Shown: positions 1 to 10,506 of the stretch, in pieces | Layout: every line of letters starts with the position of its first letter | Numbering within the stretch: the first letter of the stretch is position 1 | DNA from: an uncultured cyanobacterium | Lineage (GTDB): Bacteria > Cyanobacteriota > Cyanobacteriia > Pseudanabaenales > Pseudanabaenaceae | Assembly (NCBI GenBank): GCA_963703315.1 | Contig: OY969811.1 | Span: forward strand, 1,312,001 to 1,376,000 | DNA length: 64,000 nt | Direction: 5' to 3' | Position numbers and translations under genes: made by a program | The notes under the pieces: model-generated | What the model was told of the DNA's origin: nothing | The model's input: the letters and a program-made list of their open reading frames with translations, nothing else | Databases searched by the model: none

Positions 1-180
1 AATAATCCGAGTTTCTGTAGGCATTCTCCATAAATGCGTTGTCTCTTCTCGATTTAGGATTAAGTCAATATCAACACCAAGTTTGACAAAGCTATGGGCA
101 AGACGGGCGGTAATACGTTCAATTCCACCACCACCAAAAGAACCAATAAAAAAAGCTACGCGAGGATTGGTATTTGTCAT
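1..180 (-). CDS. Glycosyltransferase (GT4-like), N-terminal part; runs off the window edge
   Basis: ATG at 180; translates MTNTNPRVAFFIGSFGGGGIERITARLAHSF..., a GT-B N-terminal GGGxER motif. Confidence 0.75.
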   Translation of the reverse strand, partial: MTNTNPRVAFFIGSFGGGGIERITARLAHSFVKLGVDIDLILNREETTHLWRMPTETRII

Positions 181-292
181 TGTATCTCAAGGGGAATTTA
201 AAGATAGTTTGTTTGTTTAGAATTTACACTCAAATAGAGCAAAGTCCTTTTTTGAAAAGCGGTGCGCGGCTTTGCCGCGCACCGCTTTTCAA

Positions 293-3200
293 TCACTGGG
301 AAGGGAGTAGCTGTTGGGTTTGCAAAATTTCTTTTAATGGAACTTCTTTAGGTAGAACTTCTGATTTTAGAGATGTTCCGTTAGGAAATACTGAGCTTAA
401 TTTGACTTTTAGAGGTTCACCTTTGATTTGGACATTCATTTGCTTGCCATCCCAAGCCCAGTCAATAAGGTTGCCTTCAATCAATTGACCTTTGACACTG
501 ATTGATTTGCTCAACCAATCCTTAGGAATTCCTGCACCAATAATTAAAGTGGATGGAGTGGTGGAACGATCAACGCAAGTCAACATATCTAGCTGAAGCA
601 GGAGCATCTCCGCAGATGTCCAATAATGGGGAGTGAGTTGGGTGGCGCTAACTCGTCCTCGCAGCCTTTGCCATTGGGAAAAGCTATTGGGTAATGCGTT
701 ATCACTTAGCTCATTGCGATCGCCTGACCAAGTATATAGACCAGAAGATGCTTGATTTTGCCAAGTCCATTTGAGTGCTTGCCATACCCACTCTGGCTGA
801 TCGAGCAGCACCCATTGATGAGCCTCAGCAATATTTGCTTGGATGGATGGAGATGCTGGGGTAAAGGCTCCAGACTTATCTTTTAAACCTGCCCAACGTT
901 TTTGGAAAACTTGAGTGAGGGCAACGCGATCGCCTTCAGCAATACCACTGGGCCAGAGTCCATCGGTAAAGGCAGAAAATTCAGGTAGTTTGATTTTTGA
1001 CTTTGGCTGTTGATTGGCTTGCGTAGATATAGGATTATCTTTTTGCCAAACTGCTTTTAAATTTTCGGCTTGCGATCGCCATAGCTTCGCAGACTCTGGT
1101 TGCTTGAGGCGATCGGCTAAAGTAGCCGCATCAAGCAAAGCGCGATAACTAATTACATTAGCCGAGGGATCAAGATTAATGGTATTTGGAGTATTTTCCA
1201 TTTTTCCTGAAGAAAGATCAACCCTTATTAATTCAGAGTTCTCACTGAAAGGTGACTTAGCAGCATTTAGGATCGGATACCCCGGACGATTGGTCGCTAA
1301 CATATCACCGATCAATTTGGCTTTGCGCTGAATATGTGACCATAACCAGCGATCGTAGTCGGGCTGATTGAGGGCGATCGCGACTTCTTTGAGCGCCCAG
1401 ATACCTAGGGCAGGAATATCGGCTTCAGGAAGGGTGCTGTTAATGAAATCATTTTCAGCAAAATAGGGGGATAGTTGCCTAGCTAAATCCAGTTGTCCTG
1501 CACGAGCTAAAGCTACCAGTTGGTAAGCGCCATCACGGAAGCGCGATAGAGGATAGCTAACGGGATCGCTAGGGTAGGTGCGATTGCCAGCGATTCCCAT
1601 CGTGAGGTGTGCGATTTGGGCTTTTAAGCTGTCTACAAATTGTGGATCTGGTAAATCTAGGACTAGATTTGATGTGAGTGTAGTCGATGGTGTCTCTATA
1701 TCAGCGATCGCCTGACTATCTTCGATGAGAAGATTTGCCTGATCACTAGGGTTAAGCTCAATGCGAGCATAGCTCCATCCATGCGGATCTTTCCATTGCG
1801 AACGGTCGGATTGCTCACGACTCCATCCTGATGTACTTTCACTGCCTAAATAGACCTTTGCCTGTTTGGGAAGATCTTTAATTGACCAGCGATCGCTAAT
1901 CAACAAACGATTTCCATTCCAATCGAGGGAGGGAATGGCTGCGCCTGCGGGACCAACACTGCGAATTGCGACAACTAGGCGATCGTCACCACTAGTTAAA
2001 GATTTGAGATTTAGTTGCCAATTTCCTGCTTTGGGCAATGACCAAGAGGCTTCGTAGTACTTAGTTTTCGTGAGTATTTTCGGCGCTTTCTGAGGAGAAA
2101 AATCGGTAAATTGTTGCTGAATTTCATTCAGAGGAATGCGATCGCTTGTCGTTTTGATATTGCCTTGGCGATCGACCACCCAAATCGAAACCCCAAAACT
2201 ACCTGCCTGTGGACTAAAACTACCACCGATATCATGAAAAGATTTATTGGTGGTAGAGCTTGTAGGATTGGCTAATACGACATGACCCGTATTACGCAAT
2301 CCAAAATCGGCAGGACGTAGCTTTATTTGGGCTTCCACTTGCTGTTGGGGTGTACCATAGTTCCAGAGATTAGCAGCGATCGCTGTGAACTGAGTCCGAT
2401 TATTGATCCCCGCACTGACAATCAGAATTACTGCAAGAATGAGACTAATTATCCGTAAACGGGTTAAAAAACTAAAAGCAACTACAGTCAGTAATAGAGG
2501 GATGAAATGCAGAGAATAGATAAATGTCTCATCAGCACCATAGATGCTATGCATTCCAATCTGAGCTAATAGAGTCAGTCCGAGTACAATCCGTAACTTG
2601 TTATGCTGCTTGATTGTCACAAATGCCCACAAGCCCAAGCCCAATAAGGCAGTCCAACTGACAATAGCAGCGATTCCCCACACACTACCTGATGCTGGAG
2701 CTAGGAGACTAGCTTCAATTTTTACCCAGTCAGGGCGAATTGGAAAATCCACAAACTGAGTGGCGGGCATGACCATTGTCTGATAGAAGAAAGCACTCAG
2801 GAAGGAGAGAGTGCCACCACTTGCCGCCGCAATAAACTTCTTTTCACCAATAAAAGTCCCTGGCTGAAAAGGAAACCCAGAATTGGTAAATACAATCCGT
2901 TGCAAAATCCATAATCCTGTCGCCAATAGTAAAGAACCGACAAAAATCTGGATTGCTTTTTTCCAGCGATTATTTACCAACGTAGCCAAAATGCCCACCA
3001 TCGAATTAGTGATGGTAATACTCACAGTGATGACATTAATGGCAATATACCAAGCACCCGTAAAGGGACGAAATTGAGCCAACGTCACAAAAGCCAAGCC
3101 TAAAATGAAGGTCAGAGAGGCGAGGGGAAATGACTCAGGAATAATCAGCCAAAAAATTGAAGCTGCACTCACAGCCCCCACTAGACTCAATAAAGCTGAA

Positions 3201-3625
3201 TCTAGTCGATAGCAACCCATGATTCTAAATAAGGCGTAAAGCGAACCAATCCAAAGTGTAGAGATACCAACTGCTACGAGTCTAGCTGCGGCAAGAGGAT
3301 CAAGGTGGAAAAGCTTACCAGTAAGAAAGACTAAGGGAAAAACGATGAGAGGAAATAGAGGGTGTTTATTATTGCGTCCAAAATCGCTATTGAGGCTGGT
3401 GATATTACCAAAAACAGTGGGGATATCCCCGCCAAACCAGACATCTTGAGCATACAAATCCGTGAAAATAGGTGCAGGAAGCTGATAAGTACCAATATAG
3501 GTAGCAATGGCGATCGCGATCGCTAAACCCACTGCTATCAAAATATCAACTCGATACTGGCGAATATACTTAGCCAATGGTGAAGCAAAGTTAAAATTAA
3601 TTGCTTTTAGTCTATTCATTTTCAC
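293..3625 (-). CDS. Large membrane protein: N-terminal multi-TM (GT-C-like) region fused to a C-terminal six-hairpin glycosidase-like domain
   Basis: About 10 hydrophobic segments in the first ~410 aa; YPLSRFRDGAYQLVALARAG resembles the (alpha/alpha)6 WxRD-type motif. Confidence 0.55.
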   Translation of the reverse strand: MKMNRLKAINFNFASPLAKYIRQYRVDILIAVGLAIAIAIATYIGTYQLPAPIFTDLYAQDVWFGGDIPTVFGNITSLNSDFGRNNKHPLFPLIVFPLVFLTGKLFHLDPLAAARLVAVGISTLWIGSLYALFRIMGCYRLDSALLSLVGAVSAASIFWLIIPESFPLASLTFILGLAFVTLAQFRPFTGAWYIAINVITVSITITNSMVGILATLVNNRWKKAIQIFVGSLLLATGLWILQRIVFTNSGFPFQPGTFIGEKKFIAAASGGTLSFLSAFFYQTMVMPATQFVDFPIRPDWVKIEASLLAPASGSVWGIAAIVSWTALLGLGLWAFVTIKQHNKLRIVLGLTLLAQIGMHSIYGADETFIYSLHFIPLLLTVVAFSFLTRLRIISLILAVILIVSAGINNRTQFTAIAANLWNYGTPQQQVEAQIKLRPADFGLRNTGHVVLANPTSSTTNKSFHDIGGSFSPQAGSFGVSIWVVDRQGNIKTTSDRIPLNEIQQQFTDFSPQKAPKILTKTKYYEASWSLPKAGNWQLNLKSLTSGDDRLVVAIRSVGPAGAAIPSLDWNGNRLLISDRWSIKDLPKQAKVYLGSESTSGWSREQSDRSQWKDPHGWSYARIELNPSDQANLLIEDSQAIADIETPSTTLTSNLVLDLPDPQFVDSLKAQIAHLTMGIAGNRTYPSDPVSYPLSRFRDGAYQLVALARAGQLDLARQLSPYFAENDFINSTLPEADIPALGIWALKEVAIALNQPDYDRWLWSHIQRKAKLIGDMLATNRPGYPILNAAKSPFSENSELIRVDLSSGKMENTPNTINLDPSANVISYRALLDAATLADRLKQPESAKLWRSQAENLKAVWQKDNPISTQANQQPKSKIKLPEFSAFTDGLWPSGIAEGDRVALTQVFQKRWAGLKDKSGAFTPASPSIQANIAEAHQWVLLDQPEWVWQALKWTWQNQASSGLYTWSGDRNELSDNALPNSFSQWQRLRGRVSATQLTPHYWTSAEMLLLQLDMLTCVDRSTTPSTLIIGAGIPKDWLSKSISVKGQLIEGNLIDWAWDGKQMNVQIKGEPLKVKLSSVFPNGTSLKSEVLPKEVPLKEILQTQQLLPSQ

Positions 3626-3630
3626 CTAAT

Positions 3631-4233
3631 CTACTCTCGCATCCTAATCTTTTTAGCAGGGATACCACCAACAATGGAATAAGGCTCTACGTTTTTAGTG
3701 ACAACTGCTCCAGCCCCAATTACTGAACCTGTACCAATCGTGCAGCCATCTAAAATTGTTGCTCCTGCCCCAATCCAGACATCATCTTCAATAACAATTC
3801 CTTTCAGGCTAGGAGTTTGTTGTCTAAAGGGAATATTGCGATCTTGTAATCCATAATTAACAGGCACAATCGTAACCTGTGGTCCAATTAAGCAACCATT
3901 ACCAATAATTAAATCACCATGTCCATAGAGAATTGTGAATGAATTCACAAAAGATGAATGACCTATTTGAATTGTCCCACCATAGGTACGGAGAAGTGCA
4001 AATGAACTAATTAAAGTATTATCACCAATAATAATCTTTGATTTGTCGTGATTAGCGGGATCAGCTTCTAACGCTGCATATTTACCAATATTGACATTTT
4101 TGCCAATAAAAATCCTCTTTTTATTACCCCTTATGTCAGCTAATATGCTGACATCTGAAGACTTGCCAAGTGAGCCGAATTTAGATTTCTGATATCGCCA
4201 AATCATCCATTTGAAAATCAATTTAGGTTTCAT
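3631..4233 (-). CDS. Hexapeptide-repeat (LbH) O-acyltransferase
   Basis: IVIEDDVWIGAGATILDGCTIGTGSVIGAGAVVTK...GIPAK. Confidence 0.9.
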   Translation of the reverse strand: MKPKLIFKWMIWRYQKSKFGSLGKSSDVSILADIRGNKKRIFIGKNVNIGKYAALEADPANHDKSKIIIGDNTLISSFALLRTYGGTIQIGHSSFVNSFTILYGHGDLIIGNGCLIGPQVTIVPVNYGLQDRNIPFRQQTPSLKGIVIEDDVWIGAGATILDGCTIGTGSVIGAGAVVTKNVEPYSIVGGIPAKKIRMRE

Positions 4234-4285
4234 AAAATCATTGAATATATATGAATATTATTTAAATAGATGATTAAGCTAAATT

Positions 4286-5461
4286 TCAGACAAATTGCTT
4301 TAACCATTTAATCCTTCTAAAAACCAAGGATAATCCAATTGAGCAACATAAGATTAGTAAAAAATTAATAATAATACCTAATAATGGCGCTTCAACAAAA
4401 AGATGGTCAAATCTAAAAGCTCCTTTAAATATAAAGAAAACGTGAAATCCATAGATCCCCAGAGAATATCTTGAGATAAACTTAATCAGTCTAGGTACTT
4501 GATACTTTGATAAAATACCAAGATACAAAAGCAACCAAGAAGCAAAAAGTAAAGAAAGTCTCATGTAATGATCTAGAGGTGCTTGATCTACTTGGATTAA
4601 AATGCGATTACTGGTTAAAATCCATTCTAAAAGAAAAAATGTTAATCCCAAAGTAAATAAAGCAACTAGTTTAGTTTTTAGCCATTGAGTAAGTTCATTT
4701 AACTTTCCATCTTGATATTCTTGTACAGTAATTGCAGATGCAAAAATATAAGGTAAGAAGTTGAGAGGATGATAGTCCCAATGAATAATATTGGTGATAA
4801 CTTTGAAATAAGGGCTTTGAAAATTTGTATAATTAGCGATCGCCTCAATAGCTGAAGCTAAAAATAGAAGAGCAGATGAAATAAATAGTAAAAGATAACT
4901 AATTTTCGATCTTGTCGAACTAGCTTCTTGTTTGCTAAGTAAGGAATTAAAAATTGCTGCAAGCGTAGTTAAGAAGATTAACGAGAAAAAGAAGAAATAC
5001 GGTGTGCTATTACCACTAACTATAAATTCTAGGAAAGACTTTACTGATGAGATAGATTGCTTTATCGATTCAAATTTCCCTATAAATAAAATATCAAAAG
5101 CAGTAATCGCTGTAACCCAAAACAGGTAAAGAGATAAAAGTTTTGGCAGGCGATTGCGAATAAAATAATTAATTCCTGAATTTGTGCTTTTGTAGTAGAA
5201 GAGAAAAAGAGAAATCTGGAAAAAGACTGGTACAGCAAGAGCGCCAAACATTCCGCTTAATATGTACTGGCTTAAAGCGTAAGTCCAACTATTTTCTACT
5301 AGTATTTCTGGAATATTAAAAATCTTGGTTTTATATGCAACTATAGCGATCGCAAAGATTGACCGTAAGAAATCAAATCCTTCAAATGTTTGTGCTTTTG
5401 AGGAAGTGGGATTATTATCAAGCGAAGTTAATGAGGCTTTCATGATAACTGAATCTTGCAT
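4286..5461 (-). CDS. Membrane acyltransferase family 3 (OafA-like)
   Basis: FDFLRSIFAIAIV, AVPVFFQIS, SRYSLGIYGFH motifs; multi-TM. Confidence 0.75.
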   Translation of the reverse strand: MQDSVIMKASLTSLDNNPTSSKAQTFEGFDFLRSIFAIAIVAYKTKIFNIPEILVENSWTYALSQYILSGMFGALAVPVFFQISLFLFYYKSTNSGINYFIRNRLPKLLSLYLFWVTAITAFDILFIGKFESIKQSISSVKSFLEFIVSGNSTPYFFFFSLIFLTTLAAIFNSLLSKQEASSTRSKISYLLLFISSALLFLASAIEAIANYTNFQSPYFKVITNIIHWDYHPLNFLPYIFASAITVQEYQDGKLNELTQWLKTKLVALFTLGLTFFLLEWILTSNRILIQVDQAPLDHYMRLSLLFASWLLLYLGILSKYQVPRLIKFISRYSLGIYGFHVFFIFKGAFRFDHLFVEAPLLGIIINFLLILCCSIGLSLVFRRIKWLKQFV

Positions 5462-5635
5462 TTTCTAAGAAATAAAAATATAGGTTGAGTATTACTATCC
5501 AGTCTATTGAGGCTTTAAGTAGTACAAATAGATTTTTGAAAGCGCCGCTTCACGGCGCTTTCAAAAATCTATTTGTATTTTAATTCATTACAACGCATTG
5601 TATATCTAGTTACTATATATGTATTGACTAGAATT

Positions 5636-7117
5636 TTAAACTGGTAAATTATTATACTTATGACTGGATTTTAAAATAAAATAATCTTGGATAAGATGTG
5701 GGGCAGTTAAATATACAAGAGTTAGCAACCCAAATAGCCGATGGAAGCTAAAGGGAAAAATTTCATAAGTAGGCATACAAATAATTAGAAATACTCCTAA
5801 ATATACTAACGAAGAATGCTCAGATTTACGTGTTACAAGCGACCATAAAGCAATTGGTATAGCAAGCACATAGTGATGCTCCCATACAGAAGGTGAAAGT
5901 AAAAGACTCAGAGCGATCGCGTCAATTGAATGTCCATAAAACCTAAAAATATTATCCAACCAAAGCTTTTCACTCTCATTAATGTTTTTGATGATCTTGG
6001 AATAAATCTTTTCGCGCTGAATAAATCTAAATATAAACCAGACAAAAATTAAGATGTTTAATAAGGCAACCACTATAGGTACAATACTAAAAAAAATATC
6101 TACTTGAAATAATTTATTTGGTATTTTAGCAAGATTAAAAATTAGACTCCATATTGAATTGTTTCTATAATTACTTGGCTTTTCAGGATTTCTAAAATAC
6201 AATAAAAACTGATCCCATAACGTCAAATCATGCAAAAAATTTGTTTGAATTATAAAAATAGTTATAAATCCGACAGATACGCCTAAAATAGCCTTCCATT
6301 TTTTTGTAGATAACCAAGGAAGTAATAGTATCAAAGTATATAGTTTGATATGACCACCTAAAGCCACTGCTAGCCCAGCAATAAAAGGGGTGCGATTAAT
6401 TAAAAGAATACCTAATAAAAATGAGTTAAGAATCCACAAATTCACTTGATCAAATGTCAAAGTTCTTGCAAGAGGGTAATTAAACACAAAAAGTGCTGAA
6501 ATAATTAATGATGCTGGAAGGGCTTTGATTTTTAGGTGTTGAGCGAGAAACAACGTTAGATAGTAAGCTAAGATGATTTGCAAAAACTGAGCGCACTGAT
6601 AAAAATATGATACAACTGTCCAAGATTTAATATCATCGGCAAAAGCAAATAAGGGATTATAAGCTGTGATTTGATGTGTCCAAAAAAGAGCTTGAGCTAA
6701 TAGTGGTGGATACAAATAACAATTGGGATCGCCAGCATAAGGATTTAATCCATTAAGAATTGCTCTAGCAGCATTTTCATAACACATGAAATCACTGCTT
6801 TTTACGTGAAAACTTTCAACTTGGATAAACAAGAGTTCTAAGAAAACTAATACTGGTAAGATGATAGGAACTAATGTTACTAAGTTTCTTTTCGGATTTT
6901 GGCAGATCTTTAAGTATGCTTTGGTTACAAGAAGGATAGTAGTAAAGAATCCAAATAGCTCAAAAGGCTGACTTTCAATTGTGTTAGGTGCAGTTCCGTC
7001 GTATGTAGACTCAACAATTGGTAATTTCAGTTGCCAAATTATAAGCGGTAATATAATTGCTACTAGTAATGATATGAAATAAGTAAAATAAACACCTATA
7101 GATTTTTTTCTATTCAC
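5636..7117 (-). CDS. GT-C glycosyltransferase (GT87/DUF2029-like)
   Basis: DFMCYENAARAILNGLNPY...YLYPP, QVN, HIKLY, SPSVWEHHY motifs; multi-TM. Confidence 0.75.
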   Translation of the reverse strand: MNRKKSIGVYFTYFISLLVAIILPLIIWQLKLPIVESTYDGTAPNTIESQPFELFGFFTTILLVTKAYLKICQNPKRNLVTLVPIILPVLVFLELLFIQVESFHVKSSDFMCYENAARAILNGLNPYAGDPNCYLYPPLLAQALFWTHQITAYNPLFAFADDIKSWTVVSYFYQCAQFLQIILAYYLTLFLAQHLKIKALPASLIISALFVFNYPLARTLTFDQVNLWILNSFLLGILLINRTPFIAGLAVALGGHIKLYTLILLLPWLSTKKWKAILGVSVGFITIFIIQTNFLHDLTLWDQFLLYFRNPEKPSNYRNNSIWSLIFNLAKIPNKLFQVDIFFSIVPIVVALLNILIFVWFIFRFIQREKIYSKIIKNINESEKLWLDNIFRFYGHSIDAIALSLLLSPSVWEHHYVLAIPIALWSLVTRKSEHSSLVYLGVFLIICMPTYEIFPFSFHRLFGLLTLVYLTAPHLIQDYFILKSSHKYNNLPV

Positions 7118-7162
7118 AATCTATTGCTGATCAATTTTTATATATAAACTGAATATCCATGT

Positions 7163-7268
7163 GGTACCAATTCACGAAAGTGCGACAACATTTTCGTGAA
7201 TTAAAAACTAAATTTAGCAAGGTTTTTTAAAAATAAAAATGGCGCAGCTATTTTTATTTTTGGTATTA
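7163..7268. mobile_element. MITE-like family 1 (~105 bp); other copies at 35161-35267 and 45609-45715 (inverted)
   Basis: Ends resemble TAATACCAA...TTGGTATTA; two internal hairpins (TTCACGAAA...TTTCGTGAA and AAAAATGGC-N3-GCCATTTTT consensus). Confidence 0.75.
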
Positions 7269-7355
7269 CGCATTTTATCGTAGGGGCAGTTCATGAATCG
7301 CTCCTACGATAAAATGCTGTTTTCAAAGTGTTTTGCGTAAGTCCTTGCTATTTAT

Positions 7356-8240
7356 TTAATTACGACGCGCAATACACATTAGCGACAGACCAGCTTCAGG
7401 GGAGTAGGGGTTTATGCCTGACAATAGCTGTCCTAGTCGATACCTCCAATGAGGTGGTTTGCCAAGTCTCCCATTTAGAACCTCAGCACCAACCGTATGA
7501 TTGTGTGGATAAAGTTTGACTTTAAAATCCATTGACTCCAAAATTTTGAGAAACAGCGCAGGCGTAACACCATCTCCCGGTTTATGGTGTGTTTCAGTAG
7601 CTAAAGCACTAAGGCGTTCTTCTTTAGGAGTATGGAGCTTGGTTATAAACAGTTGGTAAATCAACAGTCGAACTTTATAGAAAAGCATAGCTACGCCTCT
7701 ATAGTTCCAAGCTGTAAGCTGTGGATCATGATCAATGATCAGCAGTCCTCCAGGTCGGACAATACGGGCAGCTTCTTCTAGGGCTTTAGACATATCATCG
7801 CAGTGATGAAGCGTAGCATTGACCGCAACAATATCTGCAAAGCCAGAAACTAATGGCAAATTTTGTGCATCAGCTAGAAGAGGAGTATAGCCAATTTCCT
7901 TAGCCATTTCCAAAGCTCCTCGACTGACATCAACGCCAATTAAAACTTTGGGCTGACCACCTAGTACTGAATATAGATTGCCAGGACCACAGCCAATGTC
8001 AACGACTATTTTGTCGTCCCATCCGCCTTCTGTAGCAGCAATCCATCTGTCCTTAAATGCATCACTCCGATGACAGGCTTCAAAATATGTTTTTGCCCAT
8101 TCAGGATGTCCAAAGTAATAACTGTTTGCTAACAGATAAGGACTAGGATTAGGAATTTCACATTCTGGAATACTTGAGGAAAAGTTTACTGCATCATTGG
8201 ATGATACATATTCTCTCAAAGTGCTAGATATTATGTCCAA
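7356..8240 (-). CDS. Class I SAM-dependent methyltransferase
   Basis: VVDIGCGPG motif I; ADAQNLP; LHH; RIVRPGG. Confidence 0.85.
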   Translation of the reverse strand: MDIISSTLREYVSSNDAVNFSSSIPECEIPNPSPYLLANSYYFGHPEWAKTYFEACHRSDAFKDRWIAATEGGWDDKIVVDIGCGPGNLYSVLGGQPKVLIGVDVSRGALEMAKEIGYTPLLADAQNLPLVSGFADIVAVNATLHHCDDMSKALEEAARIVRPGGLLIIDHDPQLTAWNYRGVAMLFYKVRLLIYQLFITKLHTPKEERLSALATETHHKPGDGVTPALFLKILESMDFKVKLYPHNHTVGAEVLNGRLGKPPHWRYRLGQLLSGINPYSPEAGLSLMCIARRN

Positions 8241-8442
8241 AATTAAAATTACCTCCTATAAAACCAAGAAATTTAAATTAGAAATTCGGTATTCTGGTTT
8301 AAAATATTTTTACTTAATGAATTAAAATATTTATAAATACATTTTACATGAATATATATTATACCTGAATAATATATATTCATGTTGTGAAAAATCTTTG
8401 ATTTAAAAATTCTTTACTATTCTCAATAATGTTTAATATTAA

Positions 8443-8781
8443 TTAGGACATTTTCCCCAAGGCGATCGCTGAAATACCACTTAACATTAGTCCAATTCCA
8501 AACCACTGAACTGTTGCTACTTTTTCTCCTAATAAAAAAGCTCCTGTCATTGTCGTTGCTAAAACCGTTAACCCAATGATGACTGGATACGCTACCGAGA
8601 GATTAAATTTACCTAGAACTACAATGTAAAATACTGTACTTAAACCATAAGCAACTAACCCTCCCAATAAATAGAAATTCAATGGATTTTGACCAGAACC
8701 TAACTTAAGAAGTGCTTGGGCTATAGTATTCAGTCCTACGGTAATTAAGATCAGTATTGATGAAATCAGAAAACTTTGCAT
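8443..8781 (-). CDS. SMR/EamA-like 4-TM protein (ArnE/F-type flippase candidate)
   Basis: 112 aa, 4 TM, LSVAYP and LGEK motifs. Confidence 0.75.
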   Translation of the reverse strand: MQSFLISSILILITVGLNTIAQALLKLGSGQNPLNFYLLGGLVAYGLSTVFYIVVLGKFNLSVAYPVIIGLTVLATTMTGAFLLGEKVATVQWFGIGLMLSGISAIALGKMS

Positions 8782-8812
8782 AATTTACTAAAAAGGTACA
8801 GTCTATTACAGT

Positions 8813-9334
8813 CTATTTTTTATTGTGAATTGAATCTTTGAAATCCCAAAGTTCAAGTTTTTTAGGATAGGGTATCTGGACATATTTCCCTAATAACTTT
8901 TCCCACCATCGCGGCGGATGTGGTAAAGAGGCAACTTGAATACTCCGACAACCTGATATCCAAGCACCAAAAACATCCGTATGCCGACTATCACCAATTA
9001 CAACAACTTGTTTGGATGTTAGTTGCATTTGTTGCATTGCCTTACGAAATGAACTCGGAAATGGTTTTTTCGCTGGACTAATGGCAGGTATGTCTAAGTG
9101 GTGAGACCAATATTCCACACGATAACGCCTTTTACCATTCGACAAAAAGAAAAATTTAATTCCTAAATCCTTTGCTTGTGCAATCCAATCTTCGGCATGG
9201 GGAGATAGGTAGCGATCGTCTTCAGAAACAATGGTGTTATCGAGATCGAGGATTACTCCTTGAATTCCCGCAGATGTTAGACGATCAAGATCAATAGAAG
9301 CTAAAGTATCAGCTTTGCTAGGCAAAGAAGTCAT
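8813..9334 (-). CDS. YqeG-family HAD IIIA phosphatase
   Basis: DLDNT, SN, KKP, IGDSRHTDVFG motifs. Confidence 0.85.
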   Translation of the reverse strand: MTSLPSKADTLASIDLDRLTSAGIQGVILDLDNTIVSEDDRYLSPHAEDWIAQAKDLGIKFFFLSNGKRRYRVEYWSHHLDIPAISPAKKPFPSSFRKAMQQMQLTSKQVVVIGDSRHTDVFGAWISGCRSIQVASLPHPPRWWEKLLGKYVQIPYPKKLELWDFKDSIHNKK

Positions 9335-9395
9335 TTGTTAACCTTTTGATTATTTATATTTGGTTAATGTTTAATCAAAATTGTGCAAATAATGT

Positions 9396-9447
9396 CGCAA
9401 AACAAATGTAGTGGCAATTCATGAATTGCCACTACATTTGTTTTGCG
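9396..9447. repeat. 52-bp perfect palindrome, GTAG...CTAC REP-like; relatives at 7270-7317 and 39295-39323
   Basis: CGCAAAACAAATGTAGTGGCAATTCA|TGAATTGCCACTACATTTGTTTTGCG. Confidence 0.75.
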
Positions 9448-9458
9448 TAAATCTTAAT

Positions 9459-10472
9459 TTAAGTAATAAACCCATATTTTTTTAAAATTAAAATACCAAA
9501 CGTTGTGGCAACCCAAGTCAGTACGGTTAATAAGATTGGTTGATCGTTTAACAATACTTCTTCTGGACGCTCAGTTTGCCCGCCTACCTCAGTATCAGCA
9601 CTGCGACGGGCAATCTCTTGGGGATCACTCAACAATTGATAACGAAAAACTCCATACATGACAAAAGGTAATGTGACTAGCATCCAAGATGTGGAAGCAC
9701 CGCGCACAATTGGACCAGAACTCCAAAGCGCATAGGTAATGATCGTCCCGTTAGTTGCTACGTTTTCCATGCGATTTAACAAAGATAGCGAGTAGCGATG
9801 GAGGACGGCGCGGGATTTTTTGCCTCTTAGCTCTGATAGTCTCAGTTCCGCTTTACGCTTCTCAATGCCTAAAAATAGCGCAAGCATGGCGGTACAAAGT
9901 ATAAACCATGAAGATAGAACGATCCCCGTCGCCGCCGCACCAGCACAGGCTCTAAGAATGAAGCCGATCGCAATGGCAACGACATCTAAAATGACAGTAC
10001 GTTTGAGGCGGAGATTATATAAAACTTGGAGAATGGCATAACTGAGGATTGCTAATCCTAATCCTGAGTCGCGCCACCAACTAATCGTCAAGGTTGATCC
10101 CAAAAGGATGATTGCCATCGCGATCGCTGTAGGAACGGCAACTACTCCAGAAGCGATCGGACGTTTTGACTTGACTGGATGTTGGCGATCGGACTTCACA
10201 TCAAGAATGTCATTAATCAAATAAAAGCTACTGGAAGTAGCACAGAAAAGGGCAAAAGCTAGTAAGCCGCCAAATAAAGATCTGGTTGTGATTTCAAAGG
10301 CAAAAAGTGGAGCTGCAAATACAACTAGGTTCTTAGTCCACTGTTTCGGTCGCAGTGCTTTTAAATGAGCAGAAAATACTTTGAAACTCGATGGTTTAGT
10401 TGATTTTTGGGGTTGACTGATAATTGGGTTATCATCAACCTCCAGATTTTGCTCTTCTTTTTCGATCGCCAT
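9459..10472 (-). CDS. Polyprenyl-phosphate phosphoribosyltransferase (UbiA family, decaprenyl-phosphate phosphoribosyltransferase type)
   Basis: LRPKQWTKNLVVF, YLINDILDVKSDRQHPVKSKRPIASG, KRKAEL motifs. Confidence 0.85.
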   Translation of the reverse strand: MAIEKEEQNLEVDDNPIISQPQKSTKPSSFKVFSAHLKALRPKQWTKNLVVFAAPLFAFEITTRSLFGGLLAFALFCATSSSFYLINDILDVKSDRQHPVKSKRPIASGVVAVPTAIAMAIILLGSTLTISWWRDSGLGLAILSYAILQVLYNLRLKRTVILDVVAIAIGFILRACAGAAATGIVLSSWFILCTAMLALFLGIEKRKAELRLSELRGKKSRAVLHRYSLSLLNRMENVATNGTIITYALWSSGPIVRGASTSWMLVTLPFVMYGVFRYQLLSDPQEIARRSADTEVGGQTERPEEVLLNDQPILLTVLTWVATTFGILILKKYGFIT

Positions 10473-10506
10473 AGTTTTTGAAGAAATAATTCTATAAATT
10501 TAAAGA

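Noticed and set aside
174..488. 104-aa plus-strand ORF
   Set aside because: It spans an intergenic palindrome and the antisense of the 1110-aa gene
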